Of a stretch of DNA of 64,000 nt, positions 1-9,398 are shown in pieces. This DNA comes from Candidatus Eiseniibacteriota bacterium (GTDB taxonomy: Bacteria > Eisenbacteria > RBG-16-71-46 > CAIMUX01 > VGJL01): positions 1,440,001 through 1,504,000 of the forward strand of contig CAWBWI010000001.1 of NCBI GenBank assembly GCA_963792585.1. The letters are read 5' to 3'. The notes beneath the pieces are model-generated. The model made no database searches, had not been told where the DNA came from, and saw only the letters and a program-made list of their open reading frames with translations. Positions within the stretch are counted from its first letter, which is position 1. Every line of letters begins with the position of its first letter. The position numbers and the translations under genes are program-made.

Positions 1-67
1 CCACCCCACCCACGTAAGACCGATCGGGCCCGGCGAAGAATCCCGTTCGATCGAGGGAACCTAGAAG

Positions 68-682
68 TTAAGGGCAGTTCCGGAGGCCGCCGTCCCAGAC
101 CCCACCGAACGTGGCGAAGTCGCCGACGTTCATCGCATTGTTCCCGTCGTAATCATGGCAACTGGCAGGACCGGTACCGTTCTGCCAAGCCTGACCGAAC
201 GCCGAGAAGTCCGTTACGGTGATGCTCCTGGACCAACGACCAGCGACACCATTGTTGTCGAACGCCGCGTAATCCGGGCTCTCCACCGAGGTGTACTCCC
301 GGATCGCAACGCCGTTCGCACGGATGGTGAAAGCACCGGTGCCCTTGTAGCAACCGCCACCAGGAATATTGAACGAAACAATGCCGGATGCATTGGTGTT
401 GCCTGTCGTCAGGGCACCAGAGCAAAGAACGACCTTGTTGTCCACGATCCCACCGATTTCGATCACGACGACTGCGTTATTGATCGCAAGGCCAGAGGCA
501 TTGCGAACGGTCACCGTGAAGGCACCGTAGGTCTCAGGAGTCGGGAGATTCGGAATCAACAGCAGCCGCGGACGGATCAGATTGTCCAGGCTTGTCTGGC
601 AGTTCGAAGGATCGGGAACATCAGCAACCGCCGCCGAAGCCGCGATGCCGAGAAGACACAGAACGAAGATCAAGCGCTTCAT
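68..682 (-). CDS. Secreted protein, Ig-like domain plus C-terminal dockerin/EF-hand-like repeats
   Basis: Start MKRLIFVLCLLGIAASAAVA (signal peptide) with GGAGG RBS; C-terminal ITVTDFSAF...DYDGNNAMNVGDFATF resembles tandem dockerin Ca-binding loops. Confidence 0.75.
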   Translation of the reverse strand: MKRLIFVLCLLGIAASAAVADVPDPSNCQTSLDNLIRPRLLLIPNLPTPETYGAFTVTVRNASGLAINNAVVVIEIGGIVDNKVVLCSGALTTGNTNASGIVSFNIPGGGCYKGTGAFTIRANGVAIREYTSVESPDYAAFDNNGVAGRWSRSITVTDFSAFGQAWQNGTGPASCHDYDGNNAMNVGDFATFGGVWDGGLRNCP

Positions 683-852
683 TCGGTTGACCTCCAAGTC
701 AAGTTCAGAGTTGGGCAAGCCACTCTGGAAAAGGAGTCCTAAAAGTCTGTTGCAAGACAACGAGTTGCGATAGCCCCTGTGGGCCGGTCCATCCGTCTTT
801 CTCAGCGCACCTCCTTCCCTAACATGCTCCACATGTTGGCTTGCACGTAGAC

Positions 853-881
853 ATTGTACCAACAGGGGTCGGCAGGGTCAA
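853..881 (-). promoter_or_regulatory. Sigma70-type promoter for the 68..682 gene
   Basis: Minus strand TTGACC (881-876), 17-nt spacer, TACAAT (858-853), with TG extended -10. Confidence 0.65.
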
Positions 882-914
882 GCCACAATTGCCGAGATTA
901 TTCCGGGATAGAGG

Positions 915-943
915 TTGACCCAGCGAGCAAGCCGCTGGGTCAA
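915..943. terminator. Hairpin downstream of tRNA-Val
   Basis: Perfect inverted repeat TTGACCCAGCG-N7-CGCTGGGTCAA just 3' of the tRNA; no clear U-tract. Confidence 0.5.
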
Positions 944-950
944 AATGACT

Positions 951-1022
951 TGGGCGAGACAGGGGTTGAACCTGTGGCCTCCTGCTTGTAAGGCAGGCGC
1001 TCCACCGTTGAGCTACTCGCCC
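951..1022 (-). tRNA. tRNA-Val (anticodon TAC)
   Basis: GGGCGAG TA GCTC AACGGTG GAGC G CCTGC CTTACAA GCAGG AGGCC ACAGG TTCAACC CCTGT CTCGCCC A folds as a full cloverleaf; CCA not encoded. Confidence 0.95.
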
Positions 1023-1343
1023 CCCGCGTCCGGACCGGCCGACCGGGAGCCTGGGGCTGCATCCGCCTTGCGGGCTCGCCGCCAAGATTCCCCACGGGAT
1101 CAGCCCTAAGTACCCTCCCACAATCAAGATCGGGGCAAACACCTTGTCGCCGACGGCCAGGAGGACGAACCCGAGAGCGACTGCGGCCCCCCCGGCTGCC
1201 AGGATCAGGAAGTTCCTTCTCCCCCATGGAATGTGAGCTTCCTCCCCGGCGCTGGGGCGCAGTTTCCTGGGGGATTCACCGGCCCCCGGGACCCGGCGGA
1301 TCCCCCGGCCGGTGCTGGAACCCTTCGACCTCGACGCGATCAT
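1013..1343 (-). CDS. Small membrane protein, DUF3098-like (apparent frameshift near 3' end)
   Basis: ATG overlaps the upstream stop (ATGA); IPWGRRNFLILAAGG...FAPILIVGGYLGLIPWGIL has two TM helices; the given frame runs through the tRNA, while a shifted frame stops at 1013-1015. Confidence 0.6.
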
Positions 1344-2263
1344 TGTCCACCCCCTTGGGGCGCCTTCCCCGCGGCGGCCCGGCATGGATTCTCTGGCTCG
1401 CACCGGGATCCCGCCCCCCTGAAGATACCCTTCTGGATAAGGCAGTCCTTCTCCCGTAGCCTCTCGCAGACCGCATCCTCGAAGCAACATGCGCCCAGCG
1501 GGGCGTCCGGCCGGCACAGCTCCCATGAGCAGGGGGTACCTTCCCCGAACCAGACCGCGTTCTCGCCGTAGTAACCGGCCTCCTTTTCGGTCAACATCGC
1601 GCAGATGGTGTCCCGGACGCAGGCGGCCCCGATCTGCGAGCCGGGCCAGTCCATGACGGGCACGCGCCCTGGCACCCCAAAGCCAAGAACGCCCAGGTCC
1701 GCAATTGGTGACTCTACCGGAAACCGCGCCGTCGCGAAGCGCGAGGCGAACTGGGGATTCGGGTGGGGAATCACTTCGACCGTTCCCGGCGACGAGGCGA
1801 TGATGGCGAACCAGCCGAGCTCGACCACGCGCGAGGAGTCGATGTGCCCGGACATGGCGATCGCCATCCCTTCGCCGCTCGACGGCCAATCGGAGGTTCC
1901 GGCCTGCAGGACGTCATCTGCAAGCGCCCCAACGGAGGATCTCGATGCCATCGGAGTAGCGGATCGCCGAAGGTGACGGCCCCCAGCTCGGGGTTCGCGC
2001 TGTCGGGCCATGCCGCCATCAGGTAGGCGATTTGCGGCTTGGCCGAAGTGCCTCCGGAAACCATCGCTTCCGCCGGCGAAGGGTCGCAGAACGGCCACAG
2101 TACTTGGCGCCCTTCGCGTACTCGACATCGGGCGCCAGGGTGAGATAGAGAACGCCCCCGCGGTCGTCCGCGGGCCTGCGCGCGTCCGCACCCCCCGTCG
2201 TCGAGGCAAGGACAGACCATCAGCCGCGAACGCGAACCGCAGCAATCCCCCAACGCGACTCAT
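1340..2263 (-). CDS. Secreted protein with Cys-rich GACC repeats (frameshifted in the N-terminal half)
   Basis: C-terminal GAACVRDTIC...GEGTPC...C and GACCFEDAVC...DC...GAGSRCEPENPC; N-terminal protein-like segments are split over three frames. Confidence 0.6.
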   Translation of the reverse strand: MSRVGGLLRFAFAADGLSLPRRRGVRTRAGPRTTAGAFSISPWRPMSSTRRAPSTVAVLRPFAGGSDGFRRHFGQAANRLPDGGMARQREPRAGGRHLRRSATPMASRSSVGALADDVLQAGTSDWPSSGEGMAIAMSGHIDSSRVVELGWFAIIASSPGTVEVIPHPNPQFASRFATARFPVESPIADLGVLGFGVPGRVPVMDWPGSQIGAACVRDTICAMLTEKEAGYYGENAVWFGEGTPCSWELCRPDAPLGACCFEDAVCERLREKDCLIQKGIFRGAGSRCEPENPCRAAAGKAPQGGGQ

Positions 2264-3281
2264 CGTCCATCCTCCGTCGAAGCACGCACCGCGCGCCGCG
2301 CCCGATTGTGTTCCGCAAGCGTCCTCGAGAAACGGTGTCCGCCGTCTCCGCCGGCCACGAAGAACATCTCCGTCCCCACTGTGTCAGGCCAGAGCACGGC
2401 CCGCAAGGCGTCCATCCCCGGATTGCCGATCGGTCCGGGGGAAGGCCCCGCAATCGGTAGGTGTTGTACGGCGAGATCGACCTCGAGATCCTGGTAGAGG
2501 AGGGGACCCGAGAACCGGGCCAGAGCATAGCGGACGGTCGGGTCCGCCTCCAGCTTCCAGCCGAGACGCAGGCGCCTCCAGAAGACCCCGGCGATCCGCG
2601 GCATCTCCGCGACCCGCGCCGCCTCCGCCTGGACGATCGACGCGAAGGTGACGGCCTGATCGGGTCCGATCCCCAGCCGCGCCGCGCGCTCGCACAGATC
2701 GGGCGTCAGCGCGGGCCTTCGCCTCGCGAAGCATTCTTCCGAGGGCCGTCGCGTCGGCTCCGCTCCTTCGGAAAGACGTAGGTGGCCGGGAAGAGATACC
2801 CCTCCAGGCGCGGGCGCGGCAGCACCGGCCGCGCGGATCCACGCTCGAGTCGCCCGCCGCGGGCGCGGAGCTCCATCGAGATCGATTTCGAGGGAGTCCG
2901 CCAGGATCTTCAGGATCTGCTCCTCTCGCCAGCCTTCGGGGATCGTCACCCGGGTCGTCTCGACCCGACCCGAGACCAGCTGCGCCATGACTTCCCGCGG
3001 CGAGAACTGCCGCGGGTGAGGCGATACCGGCCGTGCTGCACCTTCCGATCCATCCCGGCGCGACCGGCCCACCATGCCAAGCAGCCGGGGCTGACGGACC
3101 CAACCGGAATCGGCCAACGCCTCGGCAACGGACCGCAGGGACGCTCCGGGTGCCACGCGCACACGGCCCGGTCCCTGCTGCGAACGCCTCGGTGGGCGTG
3201 TCGAGTTCCGCGATAAGACCCACCGCCAAGAGCGCGGCGAAGAAGAGGAGGCCGCCGGCCGCGAGGGATCCAGCGCTTCAT
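2260..3281 (-). CDS. mltG: Endolytic transglycosylase MltG (multiple frameshifts)
   Basis: VTIPEG, LEGYLFP, ASIVQAEA, LEADPTV, SPYNTY..GLPP and GPIGNPG motifs spread across frames; ATG at 3281 overlaps the ruvX stop. Confidence 0.85.
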
Positions 3282-3707
3282 CGGGGAAGGCTCTCAATGT
3301 AGGACTGCAGGAGAATCGTCGCCGCGACCTCGTCCACGGCTCCCTTGCGACGCCGCACCGCAGCCGGTGCGTGGCGGAGGTTTTCCTCGGCTTCCCAGCT
3401 CGTCAGCCGTTCGTCCCAGAGGATTACCTCGATGCCACGCGCACGCAGGCGCGCGGCCAGATCCTCGATATCGGGGACGATCTCTCCAGGTGAGCCGTCG
3501 AGATGACGCGGCAACCCCAGGACGATGGCGGCGGCCGCGTGCTCGGCCACCCGCTCGGCCAACCGCGCGGCGAGATCGTCGAGTCCTCGAGCCTGGAGGG
3601 TCGCAAGCGGATATGCGAGTCGCCCTTCCGGATCGCAGAGGGCCAATCCCCGTGCGGCGCCGACCATAGTCGACGCCGAGATAACAGCGGCTTCGCTCCG
3701 GATTCAA
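3278..3707 (-). CDS. ruvX: Holliday junction resolvase-like / pre-16S rRNA nuclease RuvX (YqgF), one frameshift near 3650
   Basis: LGVDYGRRRTG in one frame, then ALCDP...IVLGLP...WDERLTS...VDEVAATILLQSY in another. Confidence 0.85.
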
Positions 3708-4162
3708 ACGGAATGACCGCCGGGAGGTTTGCCGCCGTTCGAGCGCTTGGTCTTCAGCAGGCGGACGGTTGTTCCTGTGGTAGGGCGGATCTCGAAATCG
3801 ACCTTATCCATCATCTCGCGCATGATGAAGATGCCACGGCCGCTGCAGTTCATCAACGCCTCCGGAGTCGTCGGGTTGCGCGCGAGGACGGCGTTCAGGT
3901 CGAAACCGGGGCCGGAGTCATGCACCGTGATCATCAGCGCATCCGGGGTCAGATCGAATTGGAACTCGACGATCTTGGACGCATCTCTCTTGTGACCGTG
4001 CTGGATCGCATTGGTGCCCGCCTCGATCACCGAGATCGAAACCGCGTCGGCCACGTCTTCGTCGAACCCCATCTCGTCGTTGATCCCCTGCATGAGTCGA
4101 TCGAGGACCGACAGGAGCTCGAGGCGACTGGGGATCGAGAGGGTGATCACCTGCGTCTGCAT
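3704..4162 (-). CDS. Anti-sigma factor / Ser kinase, RsbW/SpoIIAB-like (HATPase_c)
   Basis: EAGTNAIQHG, VHDSGPGFD, SGRGIFIMREMMD motifs. Confidence 0.9.
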   Translation of the reverse strand: MQTQVITLSIPSRLELLSVLDRLMQGINDEMGFDEDVADAVSISVIEAGTNAIQHGHKRDASKIVEFQFDLTPDALMITVHDSGPGFDLNAVLARNPTTPEALMNCSGRGIFIMREMMDKVDFEIRPTTGTTVRLLKTKRSNGGKPPGGHSV

Positions 4163-4192
4163 CGGTACCCCATGGAATTCGGCGTCGGGCGG

Positions 4193-4552
4193 CTACCTCG
4201 AGGATGAGGCCGCCAACCCTTCGCGCCCTTCCCGCTCCGAGCCCACCACATCAAAGACCGAGTTCAAGCGGGTGATCGCCAGGATCGAAGCGATCCGCTT
4301 GGTGACCCGGGACAAACGCAGACGACAGCCCTTTTCACGCGCCGCCAGGTGTGCGCTGATGAGAAAACCGAGCCCGGTGGAGTTGACCCATGTCACCTCG
4401 GCCATGTCGAGGGTGATCTGCCGGGAACCCCGCTCGATGGCGGCCAAGAGTGCATTGCGGAATCCCAAGGAGTCTGGACCGCCCATCAACTGGCCGCTCA
4501 GGCTCATCGTGACGGCATCGCCGTCGATCTCCTGGGTGTGCCTCATCGCCAT
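4193..4552 (-). CDS. STAS-domain anti-sigma factor antagonist
   Basis: LDMAEVTWVNSTGLG...ILAITRLNSVFD. Confidence 0.9.
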   Translation of the reverse strand: MAMRHTQEIDGDAVTMSLSGQLMGGPDSLGFRNALLAAIERGSRQITLDMAEVTWVNSTGLGFLISAHLAAREKGCRLRLSRVTKRIASILAITRLNSVFDVVGSEREGREGLAASSSR

Positions 4553-4555
4553 CCT

Positions 4556-5521
4556 TCAGGTCTCGTCCGACAGCTCGCGCAGTAGGACTTCGATCTCCCC
4601 CGGTACCGGTGCCTCAAACACCCAACCCCGATGGTCCCGAGGGTGGCTGATGCTCAAATGATAGGCATGCAGCGCTTGACGGTTCAAGCGACGAAGCCGG
4701 TCGGTCCAGAGAAGGCGGGCCGCGGGGGCGATTCGCGGAAGGAAGGCGCGTCCACCCCCATAGGTCGGATCGCCAAAGACGGGGAAACCCGCATGGCTCA
4801 GGTGCACGCGGATTTGATGGGTTCGGCCCGACTCGAGACGCACCTCGAGCAGGCTGAGCGGACCGTATCCCCGGAGCACTCGGTAGTTCGTCCGGGCGGC
4901 GCGGCCGCCCTGGGCGACGACGGCCATCTTCTTGCGATCCCTTGGATCCCTTCCCATCGGGGCGTCGATGACCCCCTGCGCGGGGTTCGGCGCGCCCCAG
5001 ACGAGGGCGATGTAGCGGCGGCTCGCCTCGCGCCGGGCGATCTGCCCCTGCAGATCCAGATAGGCCCGGTCATTGCACGCGACAACAAGGAGCCCGCTGG
5101 TTTCACGGTCGAGCCGGTGGACGATTCCCGGGCGCTCCGGCGATCCGGGCCAAATCCGGTTGGGATGCAGATGGAGGAGTCCGTGGACGAGGGTCCCGTC
5201 GCGACGTCCCGCGCCCGGATGCACGGTCAGCCCCGCCGGCTTGTCGATGACGATCAGATCATCATCCTCGTGGACGATCCGCATCGCGATCGCCTCCGGC
5301 TTGAGGATCGACGGCACGGGCTCCGGAGGATCCACGCACACCGTCCACCCGGCGCGCAGCGGCAAGCCCGCTTTGATCGAGGCTTGTCCTTCGACCGTGA
5401 TGAGCCCGTCGTCGAGCCACCGTCGCAGGCGACTGCGCGATATGTCCGGAATCCGGGTTACGAGGAAGTGGTCGAGGCGTTGGCCTTCTTCATCCTGGCC
5501 GACGACGTAGGTCTCCGCCAT
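4556..5521 (-). CDS. rluD: RluA/RluD-family pseudouridine synthase
   Basis: S4-like N-terminus, DKPAGLTVHP, GIVHRLDRETSGL, GRTHQIRVH, RQALHA. Confidence 0.92.
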   Translation of the reverse strand: MAETYVVGQDEEGQRLDHFLVTRIPDISRSRLRRWLDDGLITVEGQASIKAGLPLRAGWTVCVDPPEPVPSILKPEAIAMRIVHEDDDLIVIDKPAGLTVHPGAGRRDGTLVHGLLHLHPNRIWPGSPERPGIVHRLDRETSGLLVVACNDRAYLDLQGQIARREASRRYIALVWGAPNPAQGVIDAPMGRDPRDRKKMAVVAQGGRAARTNYRVLRGYGPLSLLEVRLESGRTHQIRVHLSHAGFPVFGDPTYGGGRAFLPRIAPAARLLWTDRLRRLNRQALHAYHLSISHPRDHRGWVFEAPVPGEIEVLLRELSDET

Positions 5522-6006
5522 CAGGACGCCGCGCCGTCCGGCGCGACCTCCGGATCGTCCTTGCGGCGCAGCATGAGGAGGGCGAGAAGGCAGATGCCCA
5601 CCGAGACCCCGATATCGGCGACGTTGAAGGTCGGCCAGCGGTGGAAACCGATCCCCACGTCGATCCAGTCCACCACGGACCCGTAGGCGATGCGGTCCAC
5701 GAGGTTGCCGAAGGCGCCCCCCAGGATCAGGCCGAGAGCCAAGCTGTAGCCGGGGGTGCGGCCGCGGGGCGAACGGGCGATGCCCAGGATCAGGAGGATC
5801 GAGATGATGCTGAAGGAGATGAAGAAGAGCCGTCCTCCCTGGAAGAGACTGAAGGCCGACCCGCTGTTGCGGACGTAGATCAGACGGACGAAATCGCCGA
5901 TGAGACGGACGGCGGAGGCGCGGTGCGCGAGTTCGCGAACCACGATCACCTTGCTGATCACATCGCAGATGAGCACTGCGAGCGTGACGAGGGTGAGTCT
6001 TCGCAA
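5521..6006 (-). CDS. lspA: Lipoprotein signal peptidase II
   Basis: NSGSAFS, GGAFGNLVDR, VVDW, FNVAD motifs. Confidence 0.95.
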   Translation of the reverse strand: MRRLTLVTLAVLICDVISKVIVVRELAHRASAVRLIGDFVRLIYVRNSGSAFSLFQGGRLFFISFSIISILLILGIARSPRGRTPGYSLALGLILGGAFGNLVDRIAYGSVVDWIDVGIGFHRWPTFNVADIGVSVGICLLALLMLRRKDDPEVAPDGAAS

Positions 6007-6007
6007 G

Positions 6008-6388
6008 CTAGGTCGAGGGTCTGCGCTCCGCCTGCTCCTGGCACTTCAGGCATAGGCGGGCATGGGGGATGACTTCGAGCCTCCGGTGATCGATCTCCTT
6101 CGAACACGACTCACAGGCGCCGTAGATCCCGTCGGCGATTCGGGCTATGGCCTCGTCGATCTCGATCAGCAATCTACCCTCCGCGGAGGCCACGAGGAGA
6201 TCGTTTTCTCTCTCGATCGCGTCGGTCCCGAGATCGGCCATGTGGATCGAGTAGGCGGAGAGGTCCCCGGAGGCTTCGCGTTGCGTGCGCTTCAGGACGG
6301 AGCTTTCCAGCTTGCCGACGAACTTGGAGAGGCGCTCCCGCTCGGCGACGAGCTTCTTCTCGAAGTGTTTGAGATCCTTCTTGTTCAC
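6008..6388 (-). CDS. TraR/DksA C4 zinc-finger protein
   Basis: HMADLGTD, YGACESC...RLEVIPHARLCLKC; GTG start after GGAGG. Confidence 0.9.
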   Translation of the reverse strand: MNKKDLKHFEKKLVAERERLSKFVGKLESSVLKRTQREASGDLSAYSIHMADLGTDAIERENDLLVASAEGRLLIEIDEAIARIADGIYGACESCSKEIDHRRLEVIPHARLCLKCQEQAERRPST

Positions 6389-6429
6389 ACATTCCTCCAG
6401 CGGCGCGCCGATCCGTCTTCGGGCACTCC

Positions 6430-7266
6430 TCACGTGAGCCTGCTCAAGAGTCCCCCGATCAGCCGAGTGAGTCCGGGAGCGGCCTGTGCCGCCGCCGCGA
6501 GGATCCGGGGAACGTCCACCGGTTCCAGCGCATCGGGCAAGCATAGATCGGTCACGGCCACGAGCGCAGCCACCTTCATTCCGCCATGGACGGCCGCCAG
6601 GTTCTCCGGGATGAGCGACATTCCGACCACATCAGCGCCGCACCACCTCAGAAAACGGTACTCCGCACGCGTTTCGAGATTCGGCCCCGCCACCGCAACC
6701 ATCACGCCCTCGGTCAGGCGGATCCGCTCGTTCATGGCCACCTCGCGCACGATCGCGCGCAGACCCCGATCGTACGGTTCCGACATGTCCGGAAAGCGGG
6801 GCCCCAAACTCTCGTCGTTCGGTCCGATCAGGGGGTTGTCCCCCATCAAGTTGATGTGATCGGCAATCAGGACGATCTCCCCAAGGGAAAGGTTTGGGTT
6901 CATGCCGCCCACCGCACTGGTCGAGATGAGGGTCGTCGCCCCCAGCCCGCGGAGGACCCGGACCGGGAAGGTGACCTCCTTCATCGAGAAACCTTCATAG
7001 TAGTGGACCCGGCCGCGCATCAGGACGATGGGGCAACCTCCCCAGCGCCCGAAAACGAGCTCGTTCGCATGGCTCTCCACCTGGGAGTTCGGAAAGTGCG
7101 GGATCTCCGCGTAGGGGACCCGGACCTCCACCTGGAGCGCGTCGGGGAGGTCTCCCAGGCCGGTGCCGAGGATCACCGCGGCGCGCGGCTCGAACCCGGT
7201 GCGCGTTCGAAGGAGCGCCACCGCCTCATCGATCCGGGCCTTCAAATTCCGGTCACCTTCGCCCAT
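6430..7266 (-). CDS. punA: Purine-nucleoside phosphorylase (trimeric type)
   Basis: ILGTGLG, GRVHYYEG, DHINLMGDNPLIGPN, GPRFPDMS, GPNLETRAE, VVGMS. Confidence 0.93.
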   Translation of the reverse strand: MGEGDRNLKARIDEAVALLRTRTGFEPRAAVILGTGLGDLPDALQVEVRVPYAEIPHFPNSQVESHANELVFGRWGGCPIVLMRGRVHYYEGFSMKEVTFPVRVLRGLGATTLISTSAVGGMNPNLSLGEIVLIADHINLMGDNPLIGPNDESLGPRFPDMSEPYDRGLRAIVREVAMNERIRLTEGVMVAVAGPNLETRAEYRFLRWCGADVVGMSLIPENLAAVHGGMKVAALVAVTDLCLPDALEPVDVPRILAAAAQAAPGLTRLIGGLLSRLT

Positions 7267-7291
7267 CGGCTCCTCAATGCGGTCGCGCCTC

Positions 7292-8165
7292 TCAACGCGC
7301 TCCCTGCGTCGGGTCCTCTTCGTCCGCCGAGATCTCGAACAACCCCTCGGTGCGCTCGGTGTCCTCGGGACCGCGCGACTCGCGCTCCGGCTGTGGCGGC
7401 GTGTAGCCCGTGCCCCGCGTCGCATCGGCTCGCTCGGGGTTGGGTCCGCTGCGACCGAACCGCGGCGCTACCCGGGGAGGGGGACCGTCCTGGGGGGCAG
7501 GCCAGCGGCCGGGGGGTTGCGCAGTCGCGGCGGCGGCTGGCGAAGCCTCCGTCGTCGGTTCGACCTGCGGCGGCTGCGGCGGCCGGGCCGGGGCTTCGCC
7601 GGAGCTGCCGCTGCGGTGCGCGGCGCGGGGGCGGCGGGGCCGGGCGCGAATCGGCGCGTCGCATCCGGCTCACCAGCGCGGTGGCCTCGTCGTGCAGCTC
7701 GTCGACCCCCTGGAGGTACTGCTCGTTGCGATCGAGCATCTCCATGTGCGAGATCAGGAAGGTGCGCATCTGCTCTGTGTAGATGTCGCGCTTGGTCTGA
7801 AGTCCGCGGATCTCCTCGTTCATCCTGCCCATCCGATCGACGGCGTCCTGCAGGATCAACTCGGCGCGACGCTCCGCATCCTGGACCAGAAGGTCGGCGT
7901 CCCGCTGGGAGGCATCGCGGGCCTGGTGCATGAGCCGCTCCGCAGTGACGACCCCATCGCGGAGGGACTGGTCGAGGTTGCGGTATTCCGAGAGCCGGTC
8001 CTCGCAGTGACGCAGCCTCTCGGTCAGCTGGGCATGCTCCTGCAGCAGGCTCTCGTACTCGGTGGCGACGAGGTCGAGGAAGACGCGGACCTCCTCGTTT
8101 TCGGCCCCGCGGAAGACCGTTCGGAAGGTCTGATTCCGGATGTCGAGAGGAGAGATCTTGCCCAC
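7292..8165 (-). CDS. DivIVA-domain protein with low-complexity tail (probable frameshift in tail)
   Basis: ISPLDIRNQTF..VFRG..EEVRVFLD plus coiled coil; a plausible end EGLFEISADEEDPTQGAR* at 7292 lies in another frame. Confidence 0.8.
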
Positions 8166-8375
8166 GGTTCGCCCTCCTGGTTGCTGTTACCGCGCGGTCG
8201 CCCGCGCTCGCTGCCCTGTTCGGGTCGCGTCGGCTCGATCGCGACCTGGACCCGCGCCCGCTTTCCTGAAGGCCCGATACTATAGGAATGGCCAAACCAA
8301 CGGGCAAGGGCAATTTGGTTCCCATTTTGGAGCCGCCGCGGCTGCCGTATACTCCCCCGCAGCACAGGAGGATCC

Positions 8376-9398
8376 ATGGAACCGGGACGACCGCGAGGGA
8401 TCGGGATCACGTTCAGCCAGCACATCGCCGAGGAGCAGAAGCTCTTTCCGGGCGCGACCGGCGGCTTCACGGCGTTGCTGCAGGAGATGATGGTCGCGGC
8501 CAAGATCATCTCGCGGGAGGTCCGCAAGGCAGGACTCGTCGACATCCTCGGATTGACCGGCAAGGTGAACGTCCAGGGAGAGGCCGTCCAGATCCTCGAC
8601 GATTTCGCGAATCGGACGATCATCCGCAACGTCCGGCACACCGGCCACCTGTGCGCCATGTCCTCCGAGGAGGACGAGGAACTGATCCTGATTCCTGCTG
8701 AGTACCCCCAGGGTCCATATGCGATGACCTTCGACCCGCTCGACGGCTCGAGCAACATCGACGCGAACGTCTCGATCGGGACGATCTTCTCGATCCACCG
8801 CAAGCGCTCACCCGGGGATCAGGGGCACATCGAGGACGTGCTGCAACCGGGCCGGGACCAGGTCGCCGCCGGATACGTCATCTACGGCTCGAGCACGATC
8901 CTCGTCTACTCGACGGGGCGCGACGCGCACGGCTTCACCCTCGATCCGACGGTCGGAGAGTTCCTCCTGTCGCACCCGGACATTCGAATCCCCGAGGGGG
9001 GCTCCATCTACAGCGTCAACGAGGGGAACTCGGGGGCGTGGGAAGCGCCGGCCCGCCGAATTGTCGACGGGCTGAAGGGCCGGGACAACCCGGCGGGGAA
9101 ACCGTATAGCAGCAGGTACATCGGGAGCCTCGTGGCCGACTTTCACCGGACCCTGCTGTACGGGGGCATCTTCCTCTATCCCCGGGACACGAAGAATCCT
9201 GATGGGAAGCTGCGTCTGCTGAGCGAAGCGGCGCCGATCTCCTTCATCGCCGAGGCGGCGGGAGGGCGTGCGACGACCGGAAGGAAGCGAGTCCTCGATA
9301 TCGTCCCCAGGGAGCTGCACCAGAGGGTACCGTTGATCGTTGGGAGCCCACGGGAGGTCGCCTGGGCGGAGCGGCACTACCAGGAGGAGACGGCATGA
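8376..9398 (+). CDS. fbp: Fructose-1,6-bisphosphatase class 1
   Basis: FDPLDGSSNIDANVSIGTIFSI, RYIGSLVADFHRTLLYGGIF, GKLRLL. Confidence 0.96.
   Translation: MEPGRPRGIGITFSQHIAEEQKLFPGATGGFTALLQEMMVAAKIISREVRKAGLVDILGLTGKVNVQGEAVQILDDFANRTIIRNVRHTGHLCAMSSEEDEELILIPAEYPQGPYAMTFDPLDGSSNIDANVSIGTIFSIHRKRSPGDQGHIEDVLQPGRDQVAAGYVIYGSSTILVYSTGRDAHGFTLDPTVGEFLLSHPDIRIPEGGSIYSVNEGNSGAWEAPARRIVDGLKGRDNPAGKPYSSRYIGSLVADFHRTLLYGGIFLYPRDTKNPDGKLRLLSEAAPISFIAEAAGGRATTGRKRVLDIVPRELHQRVPLIVGSPREVAWAERHYQEETA

Noticed and set aside
1..1022. Possible island integrated at tRNA-Val
   Set aside because: No integrase and no duplicated tRNA 3' end seen in the window.
819..1889. 356-aa ORF spanning tRNA-Val
   Set aside because: Only the part from 1343 is protein-like; the rest is a shadow frame or tRNA read-through.
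2260..3707. Programmed frameshifting in mltG/ruvX
   Set aside because: Too many scattered shifts and no slippery heptamers; assembly error is more parsimonious.
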